Positions 9,929 through 18,893 of a DNA stretch of 64,000 nt are shown piece by piece. The position numbers and the translations under genes are program-made. The notes under the pieces are model-generated. The model made no database searches. It saw only the letters and a program-made list of their open reading frames with translations, and had not been told where the DNA came from. The stretch comes from Rhodospirillaceae bacterium (GTDB lineage Bacteria; Pseudomonadota; Alphaproteobacteria; Rhodospirillales; JABJKH01): contig JABJKH010000091.1 of NCBI GenBank assembly GCA_018660465.1, forward strand, positions 7,789 to 71,788, written 5' to 3'. Within the stretch, counting starts at the first letter, position 1. Each line of letters begins with the position of its first letter.

Positions 9929-12900
9929 ATGGGGGAAGGGCTCTTGGACGAAACGGTAAATTCAAGTCAAAATCAAACAAAGGACCGCCTGTACGATGCC
10001 ATAGAGTATCTACCAGACGGGTTTGCCCTTTATGGGCCTGATGAACGGCTGGTCGTTTTTAATAAAAAATATCAGGCGGTTCATAAGGCGGCAGGGAATT
10101 TACTACAACCCGGCATGCCCTATGAAGATTTGGTGCGGTTTCATGCCTATCAGGGGCGGCGAGAAGACGTTGTCGGTCGCGCAGAAGACGCGACTGGTCA
10201 TGAAGAAGACTATGTCGCAGCCTGGATGCAACGTTTTCGCGACGGAAAATCACCGGATATCTTCGAGCTAATCGATGGCACGTGGCAATTGGTTCGTCGA
10301 AGTATCATGGACGATGGCGGCATTGTTATCACCGTCAGCGACATTACTGAATCCAAACAAAATGAATTTGCTCTACGTGCTACGGAAGAAACTGCGGCTC
10401 TAGAACATAATCGTCTGCTGAGCGCTATTGAAAGTTTTGAAGATGGGTTTGCTTTGTTCGATGCCGAAGATAAGTTCGTTATGTGCAATGAACATTATCT
10501 CGCATCCCAATCCGACTTGAGTGACCTTTTAACACCCGGTGTTACATTTGAGGAAATTTTGCGCGCCAGGGTCGAACGAGAATCCCATGATCCATCTGAG
10601 TACCGTGACGAAACATGGATTTTAAAACGCTTACACCAACATCGGAACCCCTCTGGTCCAATTGAACGCAAGTCCCGAGTTGGCGAATATGTGGAAATTA
10701 GGGAATTTAGAACAGCCGAAGGCGGCATCGCCATCATCCGATCTGATATCACCCGACGCAAAATGGCGGAAGAGGCCATGCGTGCTAGTGAGGAACGGTT
10801 CCGTGCCCTATGCGACGGATCAAGGCAGGGCATCATGGTCCATAGAAACCACAAGACCCTATACGCCAACCAGGCTTTGGCCAGCATGTATGACTATGAA
10901 TCCACGGAGGAAATTTTTGGGCTTGATTCTAGTCTCGATCTTGTTCCCCCAAACCGCCACACAGAAGCGAATAATCGCCACCAGAACCTACTCCAAGATA
11001 AAGACAATGGGGTCGACACGGAACAGATTCACATCAAAAAGGATGGCACTCGATTTTGGATTGAGAACCGCGCCTTTCCCATCGATTGGGATGGGGAACC
11101 AGCTGTTTGTTCCATTCGTTTCGATATTACAGACCGAAACGCAGCGATCGAAAGTGCCCTAGCAGCGGAACAAAGATTCCACCACCTCTTTGATCGGTCA
11201 CTTCAGGGCATTCTCATCCACCGGAACTTTAAAGCGCTTTATGTGAATAAGGCCTTGGCCGATATGTATGGTTATGACGGAACGGGCGAGATCATGTCGT
11301 TGGAATCGACCAGTATATTGATGCCGGAGGATTATCGAGAAAAATCCAGACGCGCACATATAAAAAGACTAAATGGGGAAATAGGGGCACTCGACGAAGT
11401 CATCCGGGGCCGAAGAAAAGACGGCTCCATCTTTTGGTTAAGCATTCGATCTTTCGTCCTGGATTGGGACGGCCTGCCGACGATTTGTTCAATCCGACAC
11501 GATATTACCGAACGAAAGCTGGCTGAGCAGGAACTCTTGAAAAGCGAAACGCGGTTCCGTGCACTGGCGGAAAGCTCCATTCAAGGGATCCTCGTGCACC
11601 GAAATTTGAAGCCGCTGTATGCGAACCCAGCCGTTGCTAAAATGCATGGGTATGGTTCCCCTGAAGAAATCACGGCTTTGCCAGACCTAACCGTTCTCAT
11701 TGATCCTGAAATGCGTGATCAAGTTCCTTTCTTACTCGCCAAACTTCAAAATAGCGATCCCGGAGGACATGACGTGGAGATGAAAGGCCTGCGTCGTGAC
11801 GGGAGCAGTTTTTGGACAAGTACCCGCTATTTCAATATCGAATGGGATGGCGAGCCTGCCGTCTGCGTCACCCGCTTTGATCTGACCGAGCAAAAACGTA
11901 CGGAAGGCCTTCTAAAGGACGCGATGGAAAGCATGCCTGATGGCTATGCGCTTTACGATTCAGACGATAAGTTAGTCCTATTCAACGAAAATTATTTGAA
12001 GAAAAGGCCCGAGCTCAAGGACGTGCTGAAACTCGGCGTAACATTTGAAGAACAAGCCAGACGGAGGGAAGAGCTTGGCATTCGCACCAAATTTACGAGT
12101 CAAAGGATGTCATTGGAAAAACGTCTTGAACATCACAAAGCGGGTGGACATTTTTTTGAATCGATCCTGCCGGATGGAACAGCATTGCTAAGCACGGAGT
12201 TCAAAACGAGCAACGGCGGTACCGCAATTATTCGAACTGATATTTCGAAACTTAAACAAGCGACGACGGATCTCAAGAACAGTGAAGCTCGGTTTAGGGC
12301 GTTGGCAGAGGGTTCGGTACAAGGAATTTTGGTCCATCGGAACCACAAACCACTATTCGTCAATCAGGCCTTTGCGCACATTCATGGATTTGCATCGACC
12401 AACGAAATCTTAGCGCTGGACACTATTTTGGACCTCATTGTGCCCTCGTTTCACCGCGAATCGATCGAACGACACCGCCAAGTTCTAGAGCGTCAGATTT
12501 CAATTGAGCATGTGGAAAGACAGGGACTTCGCAAAGACGGCTCTATGATATGGATCGCCGGCCATATTTTTCCAATTGATTGGAATGGGGAGATCGCTGC
12601 CTGTGTGACCCGTTATGACATCACGGAAGAAAAAAGGACAGAACTGGCGCTAGACCACTTGCCTGTTGGCATCATTCTGGTCGACGAAAATGCGTCGATT
12701 AAACATATCAATCGGCTGGCCCGCCAAATTGCGCAACGCGAAGACGGGTTGTTCACTCATGGGGACATATTATCCGCAGACAATGCCGACGAACGCGCAA
12801 AACTGCATACGATAATTCGCCAAGTAATTTCCGATGGCCGCAATAATTTTGCTTCGGACGGATACGCGATGACCCTCACACGTTCTTCTGGTGCGACATC

Positions 12901-13243
12901 CTATCCCATGACGATCGGCACGATCGCCGAAGATGGGCTGAAACCGGATGTGGGAATAGACCGGAACCCGTTGGCGGCCATATTCGTTACTGACCCAGAT
13001 CGACCACAAAATTTTTCTTCTGAAATGTTGGAACGATTATTTTCCCTAACACCGTCGGAGGCGAGATTATTGAAACACCTTGTCGGTGGGCTTAGCATCA
13101 AGGAAGCCGCCGAGGAAATGAACAACGCGCCTGATACCGCGCGTCATCATTTAAAATCCATCTTTCAAAAAACCGAAACCCACCGACAGGCAGAGCTTAT
13201 GAAATTGGTTATGTCGACACCACTTTGGACACATAGCCCTTAA
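9929..13243 (+). CDS. multi-PAS sensor with C-terminal LuxR-type HTH (one-component regulator)
   Basis: 1104 aa. Three PAS_7-like modules (DGFALYGPDERLVVFNKKY, DGFALFDAEDKFVMCNEHY, DGYALYDSDDKLVLFNENY). Four paralogous PAS modules end in WDGEPAVCSIRFDITDR-type strands. One further PAS-like segment. LuxR HTH at the C-terminus (LTPSEARLLKHLVGGLSIKEAAEEMNNAPDTARHHLKSIFQK). No receiver or kinase domain. Confidence 0.85.
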   Translation: MGEGLLDETVNSSQNQTKDRLYDAIEYLPDGFALYGPDERLVVFNKKYQAVHKAAGNLLQPGMPYEDLVRFHAYQGRREDVVGRAEDATGHEEDYVAAWMQRFRDGKSPDIFELIDGTWQLVRRSIMDDGGIVITVSDITESKQNEFALRATEETAALEHNRLLSAIESFEDGFALFDAEDKFVMCNEHYLASQSDLSDLLTPGVTFEEILRARVERESHDPSEYRDETWILKRLHQHRNPSGPIERKSRVGEYVEIREFRTAEGGIAIIRSDITRRKMAEEAMRASEERFRALCDGSRQGIMVHRNHKTLYANQALASMYDYESTEEIFGLDSSLDLVPPNRHTEANNRHQNLLQDKDNGVDTEQIHIKKDGTRFWIENRAFPIDWDGEPAVCSIRFDITDRNAAIESALAAEQRFHHLFDRSLQGILIHRNFKALYVNKALADMYGYDGTGEIMSLESTSILMPEDYREKSRRAHIKRLNGEIGALDEVIRGRRKDGSIFWLSIRSFVLDWDGLPTICSIRHDITERKLAEQELLKSETRFRALAESSIQGILVHRNLKPLYANPAVAKMHGYGSPEEITALPDLTVLIDPEMRDQVPFLLAKLQNSDPGGHDVEMKGLRRDGSSFWTSTRYFNIEWDGEPAVCVTRFDLTEQKRTEGLLKDAMESMPDGYALYDSDDKLVLFNENYLKKRPELKDVLKLGVTFEEQARRREELGIRTKFTSQRMSLEKRLEHHKAGGHFFESILPDGTALLSTEFKTSNGGTAIIRTDISKLKQATTDLKNSEARFRALAEGSVQGILVHRNHKPLFVNQAFAHIHGFASTNEILALDTILDLIVPSFHRESIERHRQVLERQISIEHVERQGLRKDGSMIWIAGHIFPIDWNGEIAACVTRYDITEEKRTELALDHLPVGIILVDENASIKHINRLARQIAQREDGLFTHGDILSADNADERAKLHTIIRQVISDGRNNFASDGYAMTLTRSSGATSYPMTIGTIAEDGLKPDVGIDRNPLAAIFVTDPDRPQNFSSEMLERLFSLTPSEARLLKHLVGGLSIKEAAEEMNNAPDTARHHLKSIFQKTETHRQAELMKLVMSTPLWTHSP

Positions 13244-13268
13244 GTTAGTAGATCAAAATTTGGAGATT

Positions 13269-13342
13269 TGGAGCGGGTGAGGGGAGTCGAACCCCCGTCT
13301 AAAGCTTGGGAAGCTTTCGTTCTACCGTTGAACCACACCCGC
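13269..13342 (-). tRNA. tRNA-Gly (anticodon CCC)
   Basis: The reverse complement is GCGGGTGTGGTTCAACGGTAGAACGAAAGCTTCCCAAGCTTTAGACGGGGGTTCGACTCCCCTCACCCGCTCCA. It folds into a cloverleaf by hand. Parts: acceptor GCGGGTG/CACCCGC, D stem GTTC/GAAC, anticodon stem AAAGC/GCTTT with loop TTCCCAA, T arm GGGGG-TTCGACT-CCCCT, discriminator U and an encoded CCA. Confidence 0.9.
13305..13342 (-). repeat. 38-bp direct repeat, copy 1 (equals the 5' half of the intact tRNA-Gly)
   Basis: cttgggaagctttcgttctaccgttgaaccacacccgc is identical to 15032-15069. Confidence 0.95.
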
Positions 13343-13376
13343 TCAGGAAACATTATCCGGATATCAAAAAACCAAT

Positions 13377-14360
13377 CTATTTATTATCTGCCACAGTTAT
13401 CGTCCGGTTCGCTACTTCTTGGCCGTCTACGAAGACTTTTACCGTCATAAATCTCGCGTAATGAACCTCGCCTGCTGACGTTTCAATTACAAGATACGGA
13501 TCGACTGTCTCTATTTTATAATCCACCGGATAATCATAGACACCATATTTTATTTTCAAATGAACTGTTGATCCCGGCGGCGGTGGCTCTCTAAAGACAA
13601 CGATAACGCTCTGCTCTACTTCGTTATCATACTTGGCCCCCTTGAGGAGCGTTTCAACCGCAGCGGACGGCCCAACTGTTCTCAGCCTCTTTAAAAATGC
13701 CGCCATGAAATAATGGCCTTGAAATCGTTCGGTCACAAAAATCTGGGCCGTGTTCATCGCCGGGTTCTGATGATGCAAGGGCACCTGGGATTGGTTCTTG
13801 AGAAGCCACTTCCCACTCGTTTTACTGAACACCAATGTCTCAATAAACTTTGGCGAAAAATGTTTTGAGGACCGTGATGACAACGCCATGACTCGAAGTT
13901 CGTTCGCCAATGAACTTTTTGAAACTGACTGAATGACATACTTGAGGTTGCGCACTGGGGCGCTCGATTTGACCCAATCGGTGCGGGCGCCCAAGTATGT
14001 TTCGCGAGTGTCGACCCAGGTTTTATTTTTACCGGTCAAAAGCCGATATTTGAAATCTGCAGAGAGAATCGCCTTGATCAATCCGAGATCTCGCCGCTCA
14101 AATCCATTTTTCAGATTATTCCGTATGATACCAACGATGACGGTTTCATCTGCGTTCGTAGGCTTATAGGACCCAGCCGTATCAAAGACCGATGCCGCCT
14201 TCTCCATCGCCATTTTTTTTGTCTGCGTGCCCGCAAATGACGGATCACTTGTTGAGAAAACGACGACACATGCGATCAAAATTACACCCGATATCGCAAG
14301 ACGTCGTAACGTTGCCCCCACAACGTTTCTCACACTCTCAAACTGTTTCATCAAAAGCAT
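13377..14360 (-). CDS. hypothetical membrane-anchored/secreted protein (possible NTF2/SnoaL-like central domain)
   Basis: 327-aa ORF with an N-terminal hydrophobic segment (LAISGVILIACVVVFSTSDPSFA). I recognise no catalytic motif. It lies inside the repeat-flanked cassette. Confidence 0.55.
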   Translation of the reverse strand: MLLMKQFESVRNVVGATLRRLAISGVILIACVVVFSTSDPSFAGTQTKKMAMEKAASVFDTAGSYKPTNADETVIVGIIRNNLKNGFERRDLGLIKAILSADFKYRLLTGKNKTWVDTRETYLGARTDWVKSSAPVRNLKYVIQSVSKSSLANELRVMALSSRSSKHFSPKFIETLVFSKTSGKWLLKNQSQVPLHHQNPAMNTAQIFVTERFQGHYFMAAFLKRLRTVGPSAAVETLLKGAKYDNEVEQSVIVVFREPPPPGSTVHLKIKYGVYDYPVDYKIETVDPYLVIETSAGEVHYARFMTVKVFVDGQEVANRTITVADNK

Positions 14361-14386
14361 CCCTGTTGATGTCTAAGAAAGTTTAC

Positions 14387-14722
14387 TTATTTAGACGCTG
14401 TGGTCAGCGCAGCAATTAAGTTACTTGCCGATTTAACATCATTGGCATCTTCGAATTTTCCGAACGCTGCCACGGTGTAGGAGATCGCCATGATTCGGCG
14501 AATGACGGGCGACGCGACCGGGCCTAATCCATCCCCTTCGCCGTCTACACTGCCCTGTGATGCATTGGTTGACGCTGCCGTTCCGGAATTACCGCCCGTT
14601 AATGTCCCAACAGTGACAGAATCTCCATCCCCACAGGCTGCATACGCGGGCGGTGGAGCACTTATCAGCGCGGCCCCAAATGCTACCAAAAATCCGCCAA
14701 TTAGCCTGACTTTCAAACCCAT
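14387..14722 (-). CDS. small secreted Gly/Ala/Ser-rich hypothetical protein
   Basis: 111-aa ORF with a signal peptide (LIGGFLVAFGAALISAPPPAYAAC). It is co-oriented with, and 26 nt upstream of, the 327-aa ORF. Confidence 0.45.
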   Translation of the reverse strand: MGLKVRLIGGFLVAFGAALISAPPPAYAACGDGDSVTVGTLTGGNSGTAASTNASQGSVDGEGDGLGPVASPVIRRIMAISYTVAAFGKFEDANDVKSASNLIAALTTASK

Positions 14723-15031
14723 CTTGCCAACCCCTTACGGCCATTTAATTTTAATGAATCTAATTTACCGGTTATCTGCGTCAGATGTAACTCTTTTTAC
14801 AAAGGACCAACCTTATCGCCCTGTGTCGTACGTTGTGGAATCGTAAACCATACATTGCTGACATCCTTGTTAGTTTTTTCCACCGATATCAAATTTTTCC
14901 CTCCTCATGGCAAAGGATTGATGTTGGTTCTTGTTTCGGGCCATTATCGAATTTGCTAAACGCGACAGCAGAATTGTTCTTGAAAAATCGTATTAATTTG
15001 ATTTTACAGGGTGGATTTATCCCGAAATATT

Positions 15032-15069
15032 CTTGGGAAGCTTTCGTTCTACCGTTGAACCACACCCGC
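15032..15069 (-). repeat. 38-bp direct repeat, copy 2: orphan 5' half of tRNA-Gly (nt 1-38, no 3' half)
   Basis: Perfect copy of 13305-13342. The downstream sequence (aatatttcgggataaatcc... on the minus strand) has no T arm or acceptor 3' strand. Confidence 0.9.
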
Positions 15070-15194
15070 GCATGTTAGGCGCTCATAACGAACCTGTGTC
15101 TTGAGTACCAGCGTAAGTTTTGTATAAGTGATCGCGCTAGCACGTGCAACAATGTCCGTAGTCGGAAAATAAAGAGTACTACCTAGAGAATCTT

Positions 15195-16154
15195 ATGCCG
15201 GATATGAATCAAGCCGAATACCAAGAAATAGACCCGCTCAAATTCAGGGACCCTGATTTTACCGCAAAGGGGGAACAACGGGCAGTGGTGGCACTTACGC
15301 ACCTCCGAACTTTATGGTTCAACACAGGCAGCCTTTGTAATATCGCGTGTCGAAACTGTTATATGGAGTCGACCCCAACCAACGACAAATTGACGTATCT
15401 AACACTCGCCGAAATGGTTGATTATCTTGATGAGATGGCGCGTGAGGATATGGACGTAGAGGAAATCGCCTTTACCGGTGGTGAGCCCTTTATGAACCCG
15501 GATCTGCCACAAATGATGGACCAAGCATTACAGCGTGGCTATCGGGTTCTGGTGCTAACCAATGCAATGAAGCCTTTGCATCATAAACGTACAGAACTGT
15601 TGGCGCTCAAGGATCGGCACGGTGACAAATTAGCAGTTCGGGTTTCTATCGACCACTTTACCTCCGAAAAGCATGAACATGTCCGGGGAGCCGGAACGTG
15701 GCACCCCATGCTCGAAGGGTTAAAATGGTTGGCGGAAAAGGACTTTAATTTAGCAGTCGCGGGTCGAACCTGTTGGGACGAAAGCGACGAAGAAGCAAGG
15801 GCTGGTTATGCCGCTCTATTCGCCCATGAAGACATAAAGATCAATGCCACCGACCAAGCAGCACTGGTGTTATTTCCGGAAATGGACCCTGGTCGGGATG
15901 TGCCAGAAATTACCGTTCATTGTTGGGATATCTTAGGCGTCGCGCCGGAAACGATTATGTGTGCGACATCACGCATGGTCATTAAACGAAAAGAGGCCAC
16001 GCAGACGGCTGTCGTGCCGTGCACCCTATTGCCTTATGACGCGCAATTCGAATTGGGTCATGACCTCTTGAATGCGGCAAAGTCGGTTAAGCTGAACCAT
16101 CCTCATTGCGCGACATTCTGTGTATTGGGCGGCAGTTCCTGTACCATCGCCTAA
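15195..16154 (+). CDS. radical SAM protein with Cys-rich C-terminal tail (ArsS/DUF3641-like)
   Basis: 319 aa. CxxxCxxC (SLCNIACRNCY), GGEPFMNP, and the C-terminal HPHCATFCVLGGSSC. Confidence 0.75.
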   Translation: MPDMNQAEYQEIDPLKFRDPDFTAKGEQRAVVALTHLRTLWFNTGSLCNIACRNCYMESTPTNDKLTYLTLAEMVDYLDEMAREDMDVEEIAFTGGEPFMNPDLPQMMDQALQRGYRVLVLTNAMKPLHHKRTELLALKDRHGDKLAVRVSIDHFTSEKHEHVRGAGTWHPMLEGLKWLAEKDFNLAVAGRTCWDESDEEARAGYAALFAHEDIKINATDQAALVLFPEMDPGRDVPEITVHCWDILGVAPETIMCATSRMVIKRKEATQTAVVPCTLLPYDAQFELGHDLLNAAKSVKLNHPHCATFCVLGGSSCTIA

Positions 16155-16233
16155 GTATTAAATCTGCGCTTGCAACTGGACAATTCCAAAAAGAACCCTA
16201 CCTTTATCGAGATAGTTAAATCTTTGCGCAGAA

Positions 16234-16668
16234 TTGGAAACGTTCGTGGACTTACCAAACCAACAAGAAGCCAACGCCTTTGTTCGCACGACCGGGGCGA
16301 TTACAGTCTCTGTGGAATCTTTTTATCTAGAGGATCAATCGGCACCGGAAGAAAGCCTCTACGTCTGGGCCTATCACGTGCGCATTGAAAATAATGGCGA
16401 TGAATTGGTGCAATTAAAGACCCGCCATTGGCGTATTACGGACGCTGCAGGCAACGTGCAGGAAATTCGCGGCGATGGGGTGGTTGGCGAACAACCGGTC
16501 CTAAAAGCAGGTCAGTCGTTCGAATACACCAGTGGCACCCCCTTACCGACACCGTCAGGATTTATGGAAGGCACGTACCAAATGGTTTCCGAGAGCGGTG
16601 ACCGGTTTGATGCGAATGTTCCCGCGTTTTCCTTAGACAGCCCGTTTCAGCCAACACAAATCCATTAG
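16234..16668 (+). CDS. apaG: ApaG (DUF525) protein
   Basis: 144 aa. [33 protein letters not shown]...[30 protein letters not shown] is the ApaG signature. The start is uncertain (TTG at 16234 or GTG at 16246). Confidence 0.85.
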   Translation: METFVDLPNQQEANAFVRTTGAITVSVESFYLEDQSAPEESLYVWAYHVRIENNGDELVQLKTRHWRITDAAGNVQEIRGDGVVGEQPVLKAGQSFEYTSGTPLPTPSGFMEGTYQMVSESGDRFDANVPAFSLDSPFQPTQIH

Positions 16669-16680
16669 CAGGTAGATTTT

Positions 16681-17319
16681 ATGAGTACGGATAAGCCCTT
16701 GAGCGTTGTTAAATCTTCTTCAACGGAACGACCAAGCAGAGACCAGGCAGAAGATGCTGTTCGGACGTTGCTGCGCTGGGCTGGGGACGATCCTGATCGC
16801 GAAGGGCTCCAGGACACACCTGCGCGTGTGGTTCGTTCTTACGAGGAATTCTTCAAAGGATATGAGGCGGATCCAGTCGAAATTCTCCAACGAACATTCG
16901 AAGAAACCGACGGCTACGATGAGATGGTGCTGTTGCGTGACATTCGTTTCGAATCCCATTGCGAGCACCACATGGCACCGATTATCGGCAAGGCACATGT
17001 TGGCTACCTGCCAGGGCGCCGGGTGGTGGGGATCAGCAAATTAGCCAGACTCGTGGAAGCCTATGCTAAGCGCTTGCAAATTCAGGAGAAAATGACAGCT
17101 CAAATCGCCAATGCCATTCGCGACGTCTTGCAGCCGTCTGGCGTTGCGGTCGTCATCGAAGCGTCCCACCAGTGCATGACCACCCGGGGCATTCACAAAC
17201 ATGGCTCGCTGATGGTCACCAGCAGGATGCTCGGGGCTTTTCGAGACAACCCCGCGACACGCCGGGAATTTCTGGCGATGATCGGCAATCCGTCTTCAAG
17301 GTCGATGGAAAACGTCTAA
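16681..17319 (+). CDS. folE: GTP cyclohydrolase I
   Basis: 212 aa. [54 protein letters not shown]. Confidence 0.92.
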   Translation: MSTDKPLSVVKSSSTERPSRDQAEDAVRTLLRWAGDDPDREGLQDTPARVVRSYEEFFKGYEADPVEILQRTFEETDGYDEMVLLRDIRFESHCEHHMAPIIGKAHVGYLPGRRVVGISKLARLVEAYAKRLQIQEKMTAQIANAIRDVLQPSGVAVVIEASHQCMTTRGIHKHGSLMVTSRMLGAFRDNPATRREFLAMIGNPSSRSMENV

Positions 17320-17343
17320 AGCTTGAGTTTCTCTTTATCTCGC

Positions 17344-17377
17344 CGCCCTTTCTCTTGACCCGCCCTTTCTCTTGACC
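17344..17377. repeat. perfect tandem duplication of the 17-mer cgccctttctcttgacc (2 copies)
   Basis: Read directly: 17344-17360 equals 17361-17377. It lies 25 nt after the folE stop. Confidence 0.9.
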
Positions 17378-17443
17378 CAGGCGGGCCAAAACGCTTGAGT
17401 GGCACCCCAAACGCACAAAATGGACGATTAATAAGCGGATACC

Positions 17444-18889
17444 ATGGATTATAGGCCCGTATTTCTTGTTGTTGGCATTTTGCTCAGCATGTTAGCTGCT
17501 GGCATGGTCGTTCCGGCCATCGTGGACGCGGTGGCGGGCAATGCTGGCTGGCAGGTGTTTATTGTCTCCGCTGGGGTGACCCTGTTCGTTGGGGTTTCCA
17601 TGGCATTGACCAGCCGCACCACCACCGGCCGTCTGTCCGTGCGCCAAGCCTTCCTGATGGTAACCCTAAGCTGGGTCGCGCTGACCGTATTCGCGTCTTT
17701 GCCGTTTGCCTTCTCCTCCCTGGACATGAGTTTTACCGACGCCTTCTTTGAAGCCATGTCTGGTATCACCACCACTGGATCGACGGTCATCACTAACTTA
17801 GATTATGCGCCACCAGGGATTTTGATGTGGCGCGCCTTGCTCCAATGGTTGGGCGGTATCGGTATTATCGTCATGGCAATCGCGATTTTCCCATTGCTTG
17901 GCGTCGGCGGCATGCAGTTATTCCGCATGGAATCCTCCGATCCATCGGAAAAGGTTCTGCCCCGCGCAGCACAGATCGCCGGTGCCATCGGCCTGATCTA
18001 TTTGGCACTAACCATCATTTGGGCGCTCGCCTATTTCGGCGCGGGGATGAACGGATTCGACGCCGTCGCCCATTCCATGACAACCATCGCGACCGGTGGG
18101 TTTTCCACATCTGATGCATCCTTGGGGCATTATGACAGTGCCTTGATCGATATTATCGCGGTCGGTGGTATGATCATCGGGTCCCTACCATTCATTCTTT
18201 ATCTCAAGACTGTACGCGGTGATGGCGCTTCTTTATTTCGCGATACCCAGGTGCAGTGGTTTATTTCGTTCGTCGCCGTGACGGTAATTGCAACAGCTGG
18301 CTGGCTGTGGCTGGACAATGGCTTAGACCCTTTGCAATCGCTGCGCTATGCGTCCTTTAATATCATTTCAATCATGACGGGCACGGGCTACGCAACGACC
18401 GATTACAGTCTTTGGGGCAGCTTCGCCGTGCCGGTATTTTTCTTCATCATGTTCATCGGTGGCTGTGCGGGATCAACCACCTGCGGCATCAAAATTTTCC
18501 GCTTTCAGGTATTGTATGCCTCCGCCTATGCCCAGGTTCGCCATCTGTTGCAACCGCACGGCATTTTTATTCCCTACTACAATCGCCGACCGATCTCTGA
18601 CGAGGTTATTGTTTCCGTACTGAGTTTCTTCTTCGTATTTGGACTATGTTTTTCGCTGCTTGCGGTTGGGTTGGGAATGCTGGGACTGGATTTCCTAACG
18701 GCAATTTCCAGCGCTGCCACGGCCATCGCCAACGTTGGCCCAGCGCTTGGTCCCGTCGTCGGGCCCGCTGGCAACTTCCAATCCTTGCCAGATGCCGCCA
18801 AGTGGCTTTTGGCCGGCGGCATGTTGTTGGGACGGTTGGAACTGTTCACCGTGATCGTTCTCTTTACCCGATCTTTCTGGCGGGGGTAG
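17444..18889 (+). CDS. trkH: TrkH family potassium uptake protein
   Basis: 481 aa, polytopic. Repeated MSGITTTGST / TTIATGGFST / IMTGTGYATTD selectivity-filter-like motifs. Confidence 0.9.
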   Translation: MDYRPVFLVVGILLSMLAAGMVVPAIVDAVAGNAGWQVFIVSAGVTLFVGVSMALTSRTTTGRLSVRQAFLMVTLSWVALTVFASLPFAFSSLDMSFTDAFFEAMSGITTTGSTVITNLDYAPPGILMWRALLQWLGGIGIIVMAIAIFPLLGVGGMQLFRMESSDPSEKVLPRAAQIAGAIGLIYLALTIIWALAYFGAGMNGFDAVAHSMTTIATGGFSTSDASLGHYDSALIDIIAVGGMIIGSLPFILYLKTVRGDGASLFRDTQVQWFISFVAVTVIATAGWLWLDNGLDPLQSLRYASFNIISIMTGTGYATTDYSLWGSFAVPVFFFIMFIGGCAGSTTCGIKIFRFQVLYASAYAQVRHLLQPHGIFIPYYNRRPISDEVIVSVLSFFFVFGLCFSLLAVGLGMLGLDFLTAISSAATAIANVGPALGPVVGPAGNFQSLPDAAKWLLAGGMLLGRLELFTVIVLFTRSFWRG

Positions 18890-18893
18890 AGAA

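Noticed and set aside
13268-13450. 60-aa and 81-aa track ORFs (13268..13450 and 14833..15078) sharing the peptide WEAFVLPLNHTR
   Set aside because: The shared peptide is just the translation of the duplicated tRNA-Gly 5' half. These are not protein genes.
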